This document shows, one piece after another, positions 1 to 18,034 of a DNA stretch of 64,000 bases (the stretch's first letter is position 1; every line of letters starts with the position of its first letter). Below the pieces are notes generated by a model that saw only the letters and a list, made by a program, of their open reading frames with translations, had not been told where the DNA came from and made no database searches. A program made the translations under genes and the position numbers. The stretch is from the human T2T-CHM13v2.0 reference genome, Homo sapiens. The stretch lies in NCBI RefSeq assembly GCF_009914755.1, contig NC_060927.1; one strand, 5' to 3'.

Positions 1-2755
<2,755 letters not shown>

Positions 2756-2789
2756 CTTGGCACTCATTGCAGTAAAAAAAAAATTAATT

Positions 2790-3300
2790 AAAAAACAGCA
2801 ACAAAATAACCTATACAGATAGAAGATACAGAAAAGGAGAGGGGAGAAAAATGAACAAATGAAAGCAGTTCATTTGCTGTTGTGGAACATAATAGATAAT
2901 CAAGTCTTTTTTATTCCACTTTTCATGTTAATGGTCTAGATACGCTAAAGGAGGTACAATGTCACAGTAATTATAAAAAAGGCACAACTAGTGTTTACTA
3001 GAAACCAACTTTAAATATAAAGATTAAGATTTGTAAAAAGGGATGGAGAAATACGTATCATGCTAACATAAATCAGCAGCAAGCTGGTGTAACTATATTT
3101 ATTTCAAACAAAGCAGACTTCTGATCAAGAAATATGATCCTTGATAAAGAAGGATAATATATAATAAAAAATTATTCAGAAAAACATTGCAATTCTAAAC
3201 ATGTATGCACTTAATATCAAATATGTAAGACAAAAAAGTATTATGACTTAAAAGGTAAATATAAAAATATACAATTACAGTTGCAGTATAATATTGTTAT
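2790..3300 (+). mobile_element. Old L1M fragment, ORF2 endonuclease region
   Basis: gggatggagaaatacgtatcatgctaac...gctggtgtaactatatttatttcaaacaaagcagacttc...ctaaacatgtatgcac resembles the L1 EN coding region (GW..IYHAN, AGVAILISDK, LNIYAP). Confidence 0.7.
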
Positions 3301-3342
3301 AACCTATTATAATTCTAATAAGACATATAAGTTATAATAACA

Positions 3343-3940
3343 CAATAGCCTCCCCCCTTATCTGTGCTTTCAATTACCACAGTCAACTATGGTTTGAAAA
3401 TATTAAATTAAAAATTTCAGAGAAACAATTCATAAGTTGTAAATTATGCACCTGTCCAGTAGTGTGATGAAATCTCATGCTGTCTCACTCTGACCTGCCC
3501 AGAACATGAATTATCCCTTTGTCCAGTGTATCCAAGCTGTATATACACTACCTGCTCATTAGTCACCTGGTAGCCATTTTGTCATCATATCAACTGTCAT
3601 GGTATCAAAGTGCTTGTGATCAAGTTTTCTTTTAAGTTTTTATTTTACTTAAAAATGTCCTGAAAGTACAAGTGTAGTGGTGATGTCAATTTGAATATTT
3701 CAAAGTGTAGTCATAAAGTGCTTGCTTTAAATAAAATGGTGAAACTTCTTTACTTAATAAGGAAAACAACGTATGCTAAGTTTACTAAGATGTATAGTAA
3801 AAATAAATCATATCTGTTAAATTGTAAAGAACAAAAATATGTGTAGAGTATATACTGGATTTGCTACTATCTGCAGTTTCAGGGATTTATTGGTAGTCTT
3901 AAGATGTAACCCCAAGGGTACATCTTAAGGGATGTACTTT
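3343..3940 (+). mobile_element. MER44B-like (Tigger7 derivative) DNA transposon
   Basis: Starts with decayed TIR caatagcctcccccttatctg. Body contains gtgatgaaatctc...tccctttgtccagtgtatcc and a transposase N-terminal remnant. Confidence 0.85.
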
Positions 3941-3944
3941 AAAA

Positions 3945-4245
3945 GCCACAAAAGACAGATTAATCTGATATGCATATTGCTGAGTGAAGGAATCTAGTAT
4001 GTAAGGTCACGTTCTATATAATTATACTGTCATTCAGAAAAAGGCAAAATTTTGCATTTAAAATATCAGTGGTTGCCACTAGTTCATGGAGAGAAGGAGG
4101 GTAAATAAGTGAAGCAAAGGGGAATTTTTAGCATGGCAAAGCTATTTGGTATAATAGTTGTAGTGGAGGGTACATAACACTTTGCATCCGTCAAAAGCAA
4201 TAAAACTTTACAGGACATAGTATCAACTTTAATATGTGCAATGAA
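3945..4245 (+). mobile_element. L1MC/L1MD-type 3' UTR fragment
   Basis: atgcatattgctgagtgaagg...aaaaggcaaaat...atcagtggttgcc...ctttaatatgtgcaa. Confidence 0.7.
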
Positions 4246-4249
4246 AATA

Positions 4250-6388
4250 TCATTCTATAAAGCAAGCATTACCCTGAAACCTAAACCTAACAAGGACACT
4301 CACACACATGAAGACTACAGGCCAGTATCTCTGTGAATATAAATGCAAAAAATTCTCAACAAAATTCTACCAAACCAAATTCAACAGCCCATTGAAAGGA
4401 TCATTCATCATGATCAAGTGGTACTCATCCTAGGAATGCAAGGACAGTTCAACATATGCAAATTGATAAATGTGATATAACACATTAACAGAATGAAGAA
4501 CAAAAATATAATTACTTTAATAGACGCAGAGCAGGATTTGACAAAATTCAACATCCCTTCATCATAAAATCTTTCATGAAATTAGGTATAGAAAGTATGT
4601 ATCTTAATAAAATAAAGGTTATGTATGGCAAAACTACAGTTAACATCATACTGAACAGTAAAAAAAGCTGAAAACTTTTCCTCTAAGATCTGGAGCAAGA
4701 CAAGGATGCCCACTCTCACCATCACTGTTCAACATAGCACTCAAAGTCCTATCTAGAGCAATTAGGAAGCAAAAGAAAGAAAGAAAAGACATCGACATTG
4801 GAAAGAGGGAAGGAAGCTAAATTGCCCTTGTTTGCAGGCGACATGATATTGTATTTAGGAAACCCTAAAGACTCCACCAAAAAAGTTGTTAGAACTGATA
4901 ACCAAATTAAGTAATGTTTCAGGATACAAAATCAGCATACTAAAATCAGTTGCATTTCTATTTTCTAATATCAAATTATTTGAAAAGGAAATTTTAAAAA
5001 ATTCCATTTACAAAAGATAAAAATTCTAGAAATAATTTTAACCAAGGAGGTGAAAGGTCTCTACAACAAAAACTATAAAACCCCCATGAAAAAAATTGAA
5101 GAAGATACAAAAAAGGAAAAGTTATCTTGTGTTCATGAATTTAAATAACATTGTTGAATATCTCTACTACCTAAAGTAATATAAAAGTAAATGCACTCCC
5201 TATCAAAATACCAATGAATTTATTCATGAAAACAGAAAAAATATTCTAAAATTGGTCTGGAACCACACAACATCTTGAAGAGCCAAAGCAATCCTGAGCA
5301 AAAAGAACAAAGCTGGAGGCATCACATTACCTGACTTCAAAATGTACTAGGAAGCCATTGTAACAAAAAACAGCATGGTACTGGCATGAAAACAGACATA
5401 CAGATTAATAGATTAGAATAGAGAACACAATATGTGTTCACTGAGAACATACATTGGAGAAAGGACAGTGTCTTCAGTAAATTGTGTTTGGACAACTATA
5501 CATCTACATGCAAAAGAATGAAATTAGTTACTTATCTCTCACCATATGCAAAAACCAACTCAAAATAGATTAAAGACTTAAATGTAAGACCTGAAACTGT
5601 AAGACTACTAGAGGAAAACATAGGGGAAATTCTTCATGACCATTCATATGGGTAAGAAATTTTTAGATAAGACCTCAAAAACACAGGCAACAAAAGCAAA
5701 GTTGGACATTACACTAAAAAGTTTTGCACAGCAAAATAAAAACAAACAATCAGCAGAGTAAAGAGGTAATCTATAGAAAGGGAGATAATATTCACAAGCT
5801 ATACATCCAAAAAGAGGTTAATATCCAAAATATATAGAAAACTCAAACAACTCAATAGCAAGAAAACAAATATTTCTACTGAAAATGGGCAAAAGACGTG
5901 AATGGACACTTCGCAAAGGAAGACATACCCGGTGCCCAACAGGTGGAAGAAAAATTACTCAACATCAGTAATCATCACGGAAATGCAAATGAAAACCACA
6001 ATGAGCTATGACCTCACACCTGCTATGATGGGTATTAGTGATAAAGACAAAATATAACAAGTGTTGGCAAGGATGTGAAGAAAAGGAAACATTGGTATAT
6101 TTTAGGTGATAATATAAATTAATACAGTCACTAAAGAGAACAGTGTAGAGGTTCCTCAAAATATAAAAAATAGAACTATCATATGATTCAGCAACCTCAT
6201 TACCCTCATTCATATATCCTCATTACTGGCTCTATATCCAAAGGACTTGAAATCAATATGTCAAAAATACTTCTGCACTTTCATGTTTATGGCAGCACCA
6301 TTCACAATAACCAATACATGCAGTCAACCTAGGTGTCCATTAACAGATGAATGGATAAAGAAAATGTGATATACATATATGTAAACAC

Positions 6389-6426
<38 letters not shown>

Positions 6427-6693
6427 CAGAATACTATGAAGCAATAAGATGGAACAAGCTCCTGTCATGTGCAATAACATGGAGAAACCTGAAGAATATT
6501 ACGTGAAGTGAAATATTCCAGGCACAGAAAGATGTATTACATGTTCTCACTCACATGTGGAATATATCATAGGTTTTCTCATAGAAGGAGAGAATAGAAT
6601 GGTGGTTACCAGAATATTGAGTGGTTAGGAAGGAGAGAACATGGGGAAGATGTGAGTCAGAAGATACACAATCACAGTTAGATATGAGGAATA
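4250..6693 (+). mobile_element. L1MA-type ORF2 (RT to C-terminus) plus 3' UTR
   Basis: Continuous L1 ORF2-like sequence (aagacaaggatgcccactctcacc; tttgcaggcgacatgat = decayed FADD) running into an L1 3' UTR. Confidence 0.93.
6385..6425. repeat. (CA)n microsatellite
   Basis: Visible CA run inside the L1 3' region. Confidence 0.95.
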
Positions 6694-6694
6694 C

Positions 6695-6973
6695 TAAAAT
6701 GAGCACAATAGAAAAATGTATAGATACAGATACTAGGTAAGTGGCCTGGTATCAAGGGGTAGAAGGGAAGAAGATAGAAAGGGGAGGAAGAGAAATGAAG
6801 AATGACTACTAATGGTTATGGAGTTTCTTTACTGGATTATGAAAATGTTCCAAAATTGATTGTGGTGAAGTTTGCTCAGCTCTGCTGTGAACATACTAAA
6901 ACCATTGGACTGTATATTTTAAATAGGTGAATTCTATGATGTGTGAATTATATTTTAATAAAGCTGTTAAAAA
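6695..6973 (+). mobile_element. L1MB-type 3' end
   Basis: gaatgactactaatggttatggagtttc...gaaaatgttccaaaattgattgtggtg...aataaagctgttaaaaa. Confidence 0.8.
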
Positions 6974-7331
6974 TCAAACTTAGAAATTATCAAATAAATT
7001 TCCCATTCACATATTATGGAGAATACCACTTCACATTTGTTAACTGAGTTAATGGATACCTGAGAATATTAATTCCTCTTGATGAAATGTGTAGGAGATT
7101 CTTCTGCAAAACTACATTAACTTTGGTGATATAATTGTATCAAAACTTAATTTATAAGAACACATATTGTATAAGTGAATTTAATATGAATTATGCATAT
7201 TTTTAAAATGTTATTCAAATGGCTTACAGACATGTGAGCATATTCTTAAAATATTATTCAATGGCTCACAGAAACAACGCAGGAAAAAATACCTGAAAGG
7301 TAGTACCCAAACAGAAACATGTAGAAGGACA

Positions 7332-7595
7332 GGCAGAATGGTGCCGTGTTTAAAAGCATGGAATCTGAATCTAGACTATCTAGGCACAATTTTCCTTAGT
7401 AACCTTGAGAAATTTACTTTCTCTATGCCTCAGTTATATCATTATGAAACAAAGATAATAATAGTTCCATAGAAAGATAACTCTGTATTTAAAGAGGTTT
7501 AAATTGTGTGTATGTGTGTGTGTGTGTGCATGTGTATGAAATACTTACAAAAGTTGTTGGTACGTAATTACTACAGAGGTGTTAAATATTAATAT
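7332..7595 (+). mobile_element. MIR SINE with an internal (TG)n
   Basis: MIR core taaccttgagaaatttactttctctatgcctcagtt...gataataatagt; TG run at ~7505-7537. Confidence 0.7.
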
Positions 7596-8949
7596 TGTAC
7601 TTAAAATATCTGCATGCAAATTAAATTTATTAAATAGCAATAAGGATCATTGGCATTCATTCACTTTACATATTAAAATGTCACTTTCTTGTCCAGTTGC
7701 AACATTCCAAAATGCAGACCATTCTGTATATGATCCTGAATGTTACCATCAGCAAAAATCATGGTTATTTCACCTCAGTTTCTCCCTATATCCCATTAAG
7801 GCAATTTTGTGTCTGTATTTCCATGACTCTTGATGATGAAATGCATTTTGCTATTGTGTTGATTCAATGTATTCTTTTTCTACCAAGGAAAACTAAGGGA
7901 CAAAATAGTTATAAACATGAATAATATATTAATAAGGCCTTACAAGGTACCTAAAAATTACTCCACAATGTTTATAATAAATTTCTGGGATAAATTACAT
8001 CCTACTGTGTGGATTCTATTTTTTCCTTTGATATTTGATAAATATATTAAATGTTTATGAGAATTTATAAGACTATAATGCCTCTACATATCTATTAAAT
8101 TACATCTTTTCCCTTGTTCAAATATTTCTATTCTTTTGACATGATTTCTAACACCAGAAATTAACCTTTTCAACACTAACAGTAGCATAAAAAATTAAGT
8201 AGGAAGATGGACTTCAGTGAGATAGCTGTGTACCAAAATTGTGATTGATAGAGTAAAACAGAATTTGCTTAGACCATTTTAGGTCGTTTTTCAAACTCTG
8301 GGTTTTGTCTCTGTGTCAGCACACAATGTGATCAACAATTTTAAAATGAAATAGTAGTTATTATATAATTACAGTATATATGTGTGCGTACACATCTGCA
8401 CTATGTGGTTGGAAACTAGTCTTGAGGTGGAGAGCTGAAGAATGTGTAATTTGCTAGGGGTTTATTTTGTTTGAGGCAAAAGTATGGATATTGACATCTT
8501 AAACAGATACTATTATGATTGTGACCTACCTTAAAATCTACTCCATTAGTGACATTTCTAACTACTGTCAGTAAATACAGTTCATATCAAATAATTTAAT
8601 CTTCAACTATTAACATAATGTTAAAAATGCTGTAGTTTTTTTGTGTGTCAAATTTTACATATGAAGGAGAAGTACATAAGCTTATTTGAACTTCATTATT
8701 CTTTACATCATATCTCACTCTAGTTTCATTATTTAGGAAAGCATCATTTTGATCACAACATTCTAGAAACATATATACTATCACATGCAAAGGGTAACTG
8801 CAATTATTTGTATTTGAAGGTTAATTGAAAGGATAGTGAGAAGTGTACTAGCACAATCTTTCTTCCATAGATATTTTTATTCTTCAACAAGATTGAGATT
8901 TCAGAATATCAATTCATAATTTTTATTATCATTCTCATAAAATACAAAG

Positions 8950-10235
<1,286 letters not shown>

Positions 10236-10275
10236 AATTTATACAATTATTTATTTGATATACATATAATCAACT

Positions 10276-10952
10276 TGTCACCAGGGATTCTGCATTGGGA
10301 TGGATCCTTTAACCAAGATCAATAGAGCCAGAGCTCTGGACCAGCAATCCCAGTTCCTGTGATAGTGAGCAAAAAATTGCAGACTAACACCAAAAATGCA
10401 AGCTTAAAGTAAACTTTACTGAAACACAGTAATACACTCCCAGAGGGATAGAGGGCTGACTTCTGTGAAGTGAAATCAGCCACTCTTTACAGAGCTCAGG
10501 GTGCTTTTACAGGATTTGTGGGGAGGAATTGAGGCTTGGGCTGTGTTTGAGTGATGGGTTGATGTTATTTGATTGGCAGTTTAAGGTTTTATAATTGAAG
10601 TTAAACTGCACATGTTCTGTTTTATGCATAATTCATTAAGAAAAACCCTCTCAAGGGGGAAAAGCCACATGTACATTTTATTATAATGCTGTATAATTAG
10701 GTTGGGGTTCCTGGGGGTTATGGCCTAGTTGGACTGGCCATGCGCCGCTTCAGGGGATTTTTACCTTTGCTCCAGTTTTTCTTTCTCCAGAAGGTTCTGG
10801 CCACAAGCTTTACCACAAACTCCATCTGTTAGGGTGGAGTTAGGGTGGTTTGGGGCTGAATTTAGGTGGGCCAGGATCTGTCTTAGTGACAGCCCTTTTG
10901 CTCTCTTCTCTCACCCCCTCCCAGCTGTTAATGTCTAACTAACTACCTAACA
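10276..10952 (-). mobile_element. ERV1-class solo LTR (MER4 group, MER87/MER83-like; subfamily uncertain)
   Basis: TG...CA ends (tgtcaccagg ... taactacctaaca); reverse CCAAT (tgattggc) and a decayed poly(A) region. Confidence 0.75.
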
Positions 10953-11317
10953 ACAGCATAAGGTTTAAAAGACCAAATTATCTCAAAGCATTCAGCACCA
11001 TGTTAATATTGTCTTCTGTTGGAACTAGTTTTGTTTGTATGTTTGTTTAGGAGATAGCTTCCCAAGTTGGTGATTGATACTCTTCCATGTATGAAACCTT
11101 GCATGGAATTCAGAATCCCAGCTTGTAAAATAGCAGTATGGTCATCATTAGTGGAAAATTGTTTTCACATTTCTGAGCAGAGACTAATACTAAAATTGTG
11201 GCTATTATTCATTCTTAAGCATCAGAAATGCTTTCAAGTTCAGCTAACAATGATATACATGTTTTTGGACTTTTAAAAAATTTATTTGAGTTGCCTGTAT
11301 TTTATTACTTTCATTCT

Positions 11318-12159
11318 AGGTTCCAACTTTCATTCTCGGTTCAGGGGTATTTGTATAAGATTGTTACACGGGTAAATTACAGGTCTTGGGGTTTGGCGTA
11401 CAGATTACTTCATCACCCAGGTTATAAGCATGTTGCTAGATAGGTAGTTTTTGTACCCTCTCCCTCCTTTCACCATTCACCCTTAAGTACACCCCAATGT
11501 CTATCGTTCCCTTCTTTGTGTCCATGTGTACTTAGTGTTTAGCTCCCACATATAAGTGAGAAAAGGCAGTAATTGATTTTCTGTTCCTGTGTTAATTTGA
11601 TTAGGATGATGCCTCCAGCTGTGCCCACAACGCTGCAAAGAACATGATTTTATTCTTTTTTATGGCTGCACAGTATTCCATGGTGTATATGTACCACATT
11701 TTCTTTATTCAGTCTGCCATTAATGGGCATGTTTGTTGGTTCCATGTCTTTTCTATTGTGAATAGTGCTACAATGAACATATGTGGGCATGGGCCTTTTT
11801 GGTACAACAATATTATTCCTTGGGTAGATAACCCAGTATTGGGATTGCTGGGTTGAATGGTACTTCTGTTTTAAGTTCGTTGAGAAATCTCCAAACTGCT
11901 TTCCACAGTGGCTGAACTAATTTACATTCCCACCAGTAATGTATAAGCGTTCCCTTTTCTCCACAATCTCACCAGTATCTGTTGTTTTTTGACTTTTTAA
12001 TAATAGCCTTTCTGACTATTGTGAGATGATGTCTCATTGTGATTTCAATTTGTATTTCTCCACTGATTACAGATGCTGAGCATTTTCTCACATGATTGTT
12101 GGATGCATGTGTGTCTTCTTTTGAAAAGTGTCTGTCTTTTGCCTACTTTTTAATGGAAT

Positions 12160-12160
<1 letters not shown>
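11318..12160 (-). mobile_element. L1PA (L1PA15/16-like) 3' end
   Basis: Reverse 3' UTR ttcaggggtatttgtataagattgttacacgggtaaatt... followed by the ORF2 C-terminal region. Confidence 0.9.

Positions 12161-12163
<3 letters not shown>

Positions 12164-12202
<39 letters not shown>
12164..12202. repeat. (TG)n microsatellite
   Basis: Visible TG run. Confidence 0.95.
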
Positions 12203-12204
<2 letters not shown>

Positions 12205-12780
12205 ACTGTTGAGTTGTTTGAGTTCCTTTTGTATTCTGGATATCAGTCCCTTGTCAGATGAATAGTTTGCAAATATTTTCTCATGTTCAACAGATTTTTC
12301 TCTTCACTCTGTTCTTTCCTCTGCTGTGCAGAATATATATTCTTAGTTTACTATAGTCCCCTTTTACTATTTTTGTTTTTGCTGTTTGTGCTTTTGAGGT
12401 CTTAGCCGTAAAATTTTCCCAGACCAGTGTCCCCTATCTTTTATTCTGTATTTTTATAGTTTTATGTCTTATGTTTAAGTCTTTAATCTACCTAGATTTG
12501 ATTTTTGTGTATGATATGATATAGGGGTCCAGTTTCATTCTGTTGCATAAAAATATTCTAATTTCTAAACACTATTTATTGAATAGGGTATCCTTTCTCC
12601 AATGTATACTCTTGGTGCCTTTGTCAAAAATCAATTGGCTGTAAACATATGAATTTATTTCTACGCCCTCTATTCTGTTCTATTGTTCTGTGTGTCTGTT
12701 TTTATGTCAATACCATGCTGTTTTGTTTACTATAGCCTTTTTATATATTTTGAGGTCAGGCATTATGCTACTTCCAATGT
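12203..12780 (-). mobile_element. L1 ORF2 fragment (L1MA-like), probable continuation of the 8950-10235 element
   Basis: tactgttgagttgtttgagttcc...cagtcccttgtcagatgaatagtttgc resumes at the consensus position where 8950-10235 stops. Confidence 0.8.
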
Positions 12781-13219
12781 ATTTTCTTAATGAGTCCCTG
12801 CATTTGAGACAAATACCATCTCTAACCTCCTACCCCTGACCCAGACACACAAAGACACACATGCACATTCTCTGGTCTGATCATATGTGACCTCTTTGGT
12901 CAAATTTCATTGAACTCTTTTTATACTATATTCCTATACCCATGAATTTGCCCATACTGTTAACTCTGGAATACTCTTTCATGCAATTTTCCATGATACC
13001 TTCTCAGTATATACATCTTTGAGATTTTGTTTTAATTCCTATTTAAACATGCTTGCATGTTGAAGATCGATGCTCTATTTCCACTTGCTAAATAATGATT
13101 AGCAAAACATGTAATTTTCTGTAGGTTATTTTTGTGATAGTCCTAGGAAGAATAGTAGTAAAAGCCTTTCAAAATTGTATTTAAAAATATATTTAAGTGT
13201 TTTTTTAATCCTTTAGGGT

Positions 13220-13280
13220 ATGGGATCTTGGGCAAATTTCTTAACTTTTCTGAATATCTGTGTCCTCATTTGTAAGTGCT
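13220..13280 (+). mobile_element. MIR core fragment
   Basis: gatcttgggcaaatttcttaacttttctgaatatctgtgtcctcatttgtaa. Confidence 0.55.
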
Positions 13281-13516
13281 AAAATATAGAAGAGCAAATT
13301 AGCAAGAAATAAAAAAAATACTTGAAATCAATACAAATGCATTCATAATTTGCAAACACATTAATTAAAATATTATAGCATTATTTATTTCTTACACTAC
13401 TCTAAATTTTCACCTAATATAAGGAATATATTTTCTGAACAAGTCAAGAAAATAGTTTAGTAATTGAAGTGCTCTAATTGGAATTTCAAAATTATTTTAA
13501 TAATAAACAATTTCAG

Positions 13517-13805
13517 AATGGATGTGGTGGCCCACATCTGCAATCCCAGCACTTTGGGAGGCCAAGGCAGGATTTCTTGAGACATAGAGTTCGAGACCAG
13601 CCTGAGCAACATGGCAAAAACCCATATCTCAAAAATACAAAAACATTTAGCTGGTCATGGTGGAATGTGTCTAAAGTCCCAGCTACTTTAGGAAGCTGAG
13701 GTGGGAGTCTGGGGAGGTAGAGACTGCAGTAAGCCGAGATCATGCCACTGCATTCTAGCCAGGGTGACAGAGTGAGACCCTGTCTCAAAAAAAAAAAAAA
13801 AAGAA
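13517..13805 (+). mobile_element. AluJ-like
   Basis: Two-arm Alu with J-type features and A tail; TSD core acaatttcag on both sides. Confidence 0.93.
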
Positions 13806-15415
13806 ATTTACAATTTCAGTTAACTGATATTTTTAAAGTAAATCCTATTACACTATTGGTGAAAATTTAATTCCACCAATAAAAATGCCTATATTTGTTT
13901 TTATCTTTTGAAACAAATGGTATTTATTTATTTACTTAATTACTTCAAAATGAATTAACATTCTATGTTACTAAATAATCAGATTTGTTCTGTGTATTAT
14001 TTATAACAACTTACTCTACACCCTGGAAAATAATCAGCTATCACTACGTTGGAACATTATGGTTCATAAGCACTCACTGTTGTCCCTTCATTTAAGAAAC
14101 CTACAGTTTTTATATATGCATCAAATTAAGTATAACCCAAGTTGAAATTTTTGGACTACCGATCACTTCTTAAATAACCAGCATACATACAGTGAACCAT
14201 TCTAAACACCTTAAGGTACACAGTGTATTCATTTTTATTTAGTTCATGCATAGCATTATTCTAGGATGTGAATTCTAGTTAGAAGAAACACAAATGATAC
14301 TTTGCCACTATGGATTATGAAATAATTTTGTTAAATGTGGACTATGTAATGCTCATTCACATTTTATACAAAAGTTCAAAGAAAGGTAATTTAGAGTCAA
14401 GAGCATAATTTTTATTTGTTACCAATCTTTTAACTCCTTTAAGCTAAATTTAACAGAAATCTCTGTTTGAAAACATTCTGTATATTTAAAAGACTCCCCT
14501 TTGTACAATCTGACAAATATGAAGAACATTTTTTGGAAAATGGCCAAAGTCTTTGTCCTGATTCCTACTCGACATAAACACTAACAAGAGGAATAGTCTA
14601 TAGTCTATATTAATATTTTAGTGGATACCTGATTGTAGTATCTGCCAAAATTCCTGCCAAATCGAGATCTTGTGAGGCCTCAAGGATGCTAATTATTTGT
14701 TTTTCTTATATTTGTATAATAGAAACTATAATTTTGTATTCAATTGAATAGCTAAGAAACATGACGACAACAAAGCTATATAATTATGATTCATACACAC
14801 AAAAGTCTTAACATCAAAAAGGCACTAATAATATCTTTTTGAGCACAGTTTCACTCGTTAAAACGTTGTCTTGAATTCTTTAAACTGTGTATTTGTTACG
14901 GGTAGTCACAACTCAATGTTTAGCTAGTTAATATTGCATAACGATACCAGAGGTATTGTACAAGAGATAAAGTGGCATTTCCCAAGAGTGTGCTAAAAAT
15001 CTAACATGTATATCAATCAATTCTAATGGTCCATATAATCTTGTATTCCATATCTCATAATCACTAAAGTTTTTTAAATGGTTTTATGAGCTCTAAGCTG
15101 AACAACCCTCCATTAGTATCACCTATAGTAATCTCTCTACCTCACAAAGGCGGTACTAATGTGCATTAACAACAGTCCAAAATGGATGACAAATTCCTTT
15201 ATTCATGAGATACTTCTAGTTCAGAGTCTTTCTCTGCCTAATAAGATTGAGTTTTTACAACAAAGATCCATTTCTAGCCATCAGCGGTATGTTCATGACA
15301 ATGGTTTCTTTAAATACTTCCTCAAATTACAACCGTTTAATTTCTCTTGATTCACATAAAATATATATCCATTAATTTTATTAATTGCAATTTAACCACA
15401 ATAATTATATTTTGG

Positions 15416-16865
15416 CTAAGCAAAAAGAACAAAGTTGGAGACATCATGCTACCCAACTTCAAATTATACTGCAGGGCCACAGTAACAAAAATAGCGTGGT
15501 ACTGGTACAAAAACCGACATATGGACCAATGGAACACAATAGACAACCCAGAAATAAGGCTGCATACCTACAACGATGTAATCTTCAACAAACCTGACAA
15601 AAGCAAGCAATGGAGAAAGGACTCCCTATTCATTCAATAGTGATGGGATAATTAATTGGCTAGTCATATACAAAAGATTGAAACTGGACCCCTTCCTTAT
15701 ACCATATACAAAAATTTACTCAAGATAGATTAAAGACTTAAATATAAAACTAAAAACTATAAAATCCCCAGGACAAAACCTAGGCAATACCAATCTGACA
15801 TAGAAATGGACAAATATTTCATGATAAAGACACCAAAAGCAATTGTATCAAAAGCAGAAATTGACAAATGAGGTATAATTAAACTAATGAGCTTCTGCAC
15901 AGCAATGGAAACTATAAACATAGTGACAACCTACACAATGGGAGAAAACTTTTGCAAGCTATGTGCATGAGAAAGGTCTAATATTCAGCATCTGTAAGGA
16001 ACTTAAATTTACAAGAAAAAGAAAACAATAAAAAGTGGGCAAAGGACATGAAGTAACACTTTTCAAACGAAGACATACATGCGACCAACATTCATATGGA
16101 AAGCAGCTCAACATCACCAATCATTAGAGAAATGCAAATCAAAACCATAATAAAATAACATCTCACACCAGTCAGAATGGCTATTATTAAAAAGTCAAAA
16201 TACAACATATGCTAGCGAGGTTGTGGAGAAAAAGGAATGCTTATACACTATTGGTGGGAGTATAAATTAGCTCTGCCATTGTGGAAGACAGTGTGGTTGG
16301 CTCCTCAAAGACCTAAAAACAGAAATTCCATTTGACCCAGCAATCTCATTACTGGGTATCCACCCAAAGGAATATAAATTGCTCTGTTATAAAGACACAT
16401 GCACGCGTATGTTCATTGCAACACTGAATAGCAAAATCATGGACTCAACCTAAATTGCCCATCAGGGGAAGACTGGATAAAGAAAATGTGGTACACAACA
16501 GAATACTATGCAGCCATAAAAAAGAAAAAGATCATGTTTTTTTGCAGGAACATGTCTGGAGCTGGAGGTCATTGTCCTTAGCAAACTAATGCAGGAACAG
16601 AAAATCAAATACTGCATGTTTTCACTTATAAGTGGGAGCTAAATGATGAGAACACATGGACACATAGAGAGGAGAAACACACACTGGGCCTACTTGAGGG
16701 TGGAGGTTGCGAGAAGGGAGAGTATCAGGAATAATAAGTAATGAGTACTAGGCTTAACACCTGAGTGACAAAATAATCTGTATAAAAATCTCCCAGGACA
16801 CAAGTTTACCTATATAACAAACCTGCCATGTACCCATGAACTTAAAAGTTAAATAAAAATAAATT
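15416..16865 (+). mobile_element. 5'-truncated L1PA (L1PA13-16-like)
   Basis: ORF 15347..15640 ends in ORF2p-like [40 protein letters not shown]. 3' UTR with A tail; probable TSD aatt(c)atattttg. Confidence 0.93.
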
Positions 16866-17099
16866 ATAAATTCATATTTTGTTAAAAGTTTCCTACATTA
16901 GTCTGTATTTATCCATTAATTGTTGCTTTTTGAAGTCCTTCATGCCGTTCTTATTCTTGATGGTTTTATTTCAATAAGATGTATATTTTCTTCTATTATG
17001 ACCATGATTTAATATAAAATGAATTAATACTCAATTTCTAAAATAATGCTTTTGATGGGAGTAAATTCAAAGTAAAAATGTCAAAAAGACAGAATGAAT

Positions 17100-17180
17100 A
17101 GCTAGCTAGCTAACTAGTTGATAGATAGATAGATAGTAAAAGATAAATAAAAAGAGAGAGAGAGAAAGGAAGAAAGAATG
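17100..17180. repeat. Low-complexity (GCTA)/(GATA)/(GA) repeat
   Basis: gctagctagc...gatagatagatagatag...gagagagagaga. Confidence 0.7.
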
Positions 17181-18034
17181 GAAATAAAATTTACCATAAA
17201 ATTAGTTTAAACCATTTTCAGTTACTGGATAATGACATATTATGGTGATTTTGCTTTTATATCTACTTTGCCATATTCACAAATCAGATACCATTAGCAT
17301 TGTTATAAGTTGTAATTTAAAATAAATGCTACAGAAAGACATCACCTTTAAATAATAATGTAAAATAAAAAAGACAAGGCATATGCAAATGGTTAACATA
17401 GTTAAGTCTGATTAAAACTATAACCTAAGAAAACTATAACTTAATAATTCGAGAAAAACTACTAATGTCCAACACTAAAAGGATAAAAATAAGTAACCCC
17501 AGAAACACTTTCATGTTACAGTGTAGACCAAAATAAACTAAAGCTACTAATTTATCTGATATATATCAAATACTGTTAATAAGTGAAAACTTTTGGATAT
17601 TTTGCTACAAAATATGAGGTAGATTCTCTATTAATGTAGAAATAAAACAGTATAAACTTCTCTATATATCTTCAGACAAAAAAATTTCATTTTAGAAAAC
17701 CTCAGAAATATTTCTAGTTTTTTTCTTCCTGATTTATAAGAAAGTAGGAAAAATGGTAAGAGTAAGTAGCATGAGAATTTAACTTTGTTTTGTTCACTGG
17801 CTCCTCCTCACTAAGCTTAAACACCTGTATTTAACATTTGATATTACTACCTTTAAAAAATGTGTTTTGCTGTATTTTAGAAATATGCTAGCTTTAGAAA
17901 ATATCCCAACCATACTGCTTATTATTGGTGTGCATAGAAATACGTTTAAAGATGGTTGTCCCTTAAATATATTCAGATACTTGTCTAGTGATCTATCCTC
18001 ACATAGCCTAACATACCCACAGGGAATGTATCCA

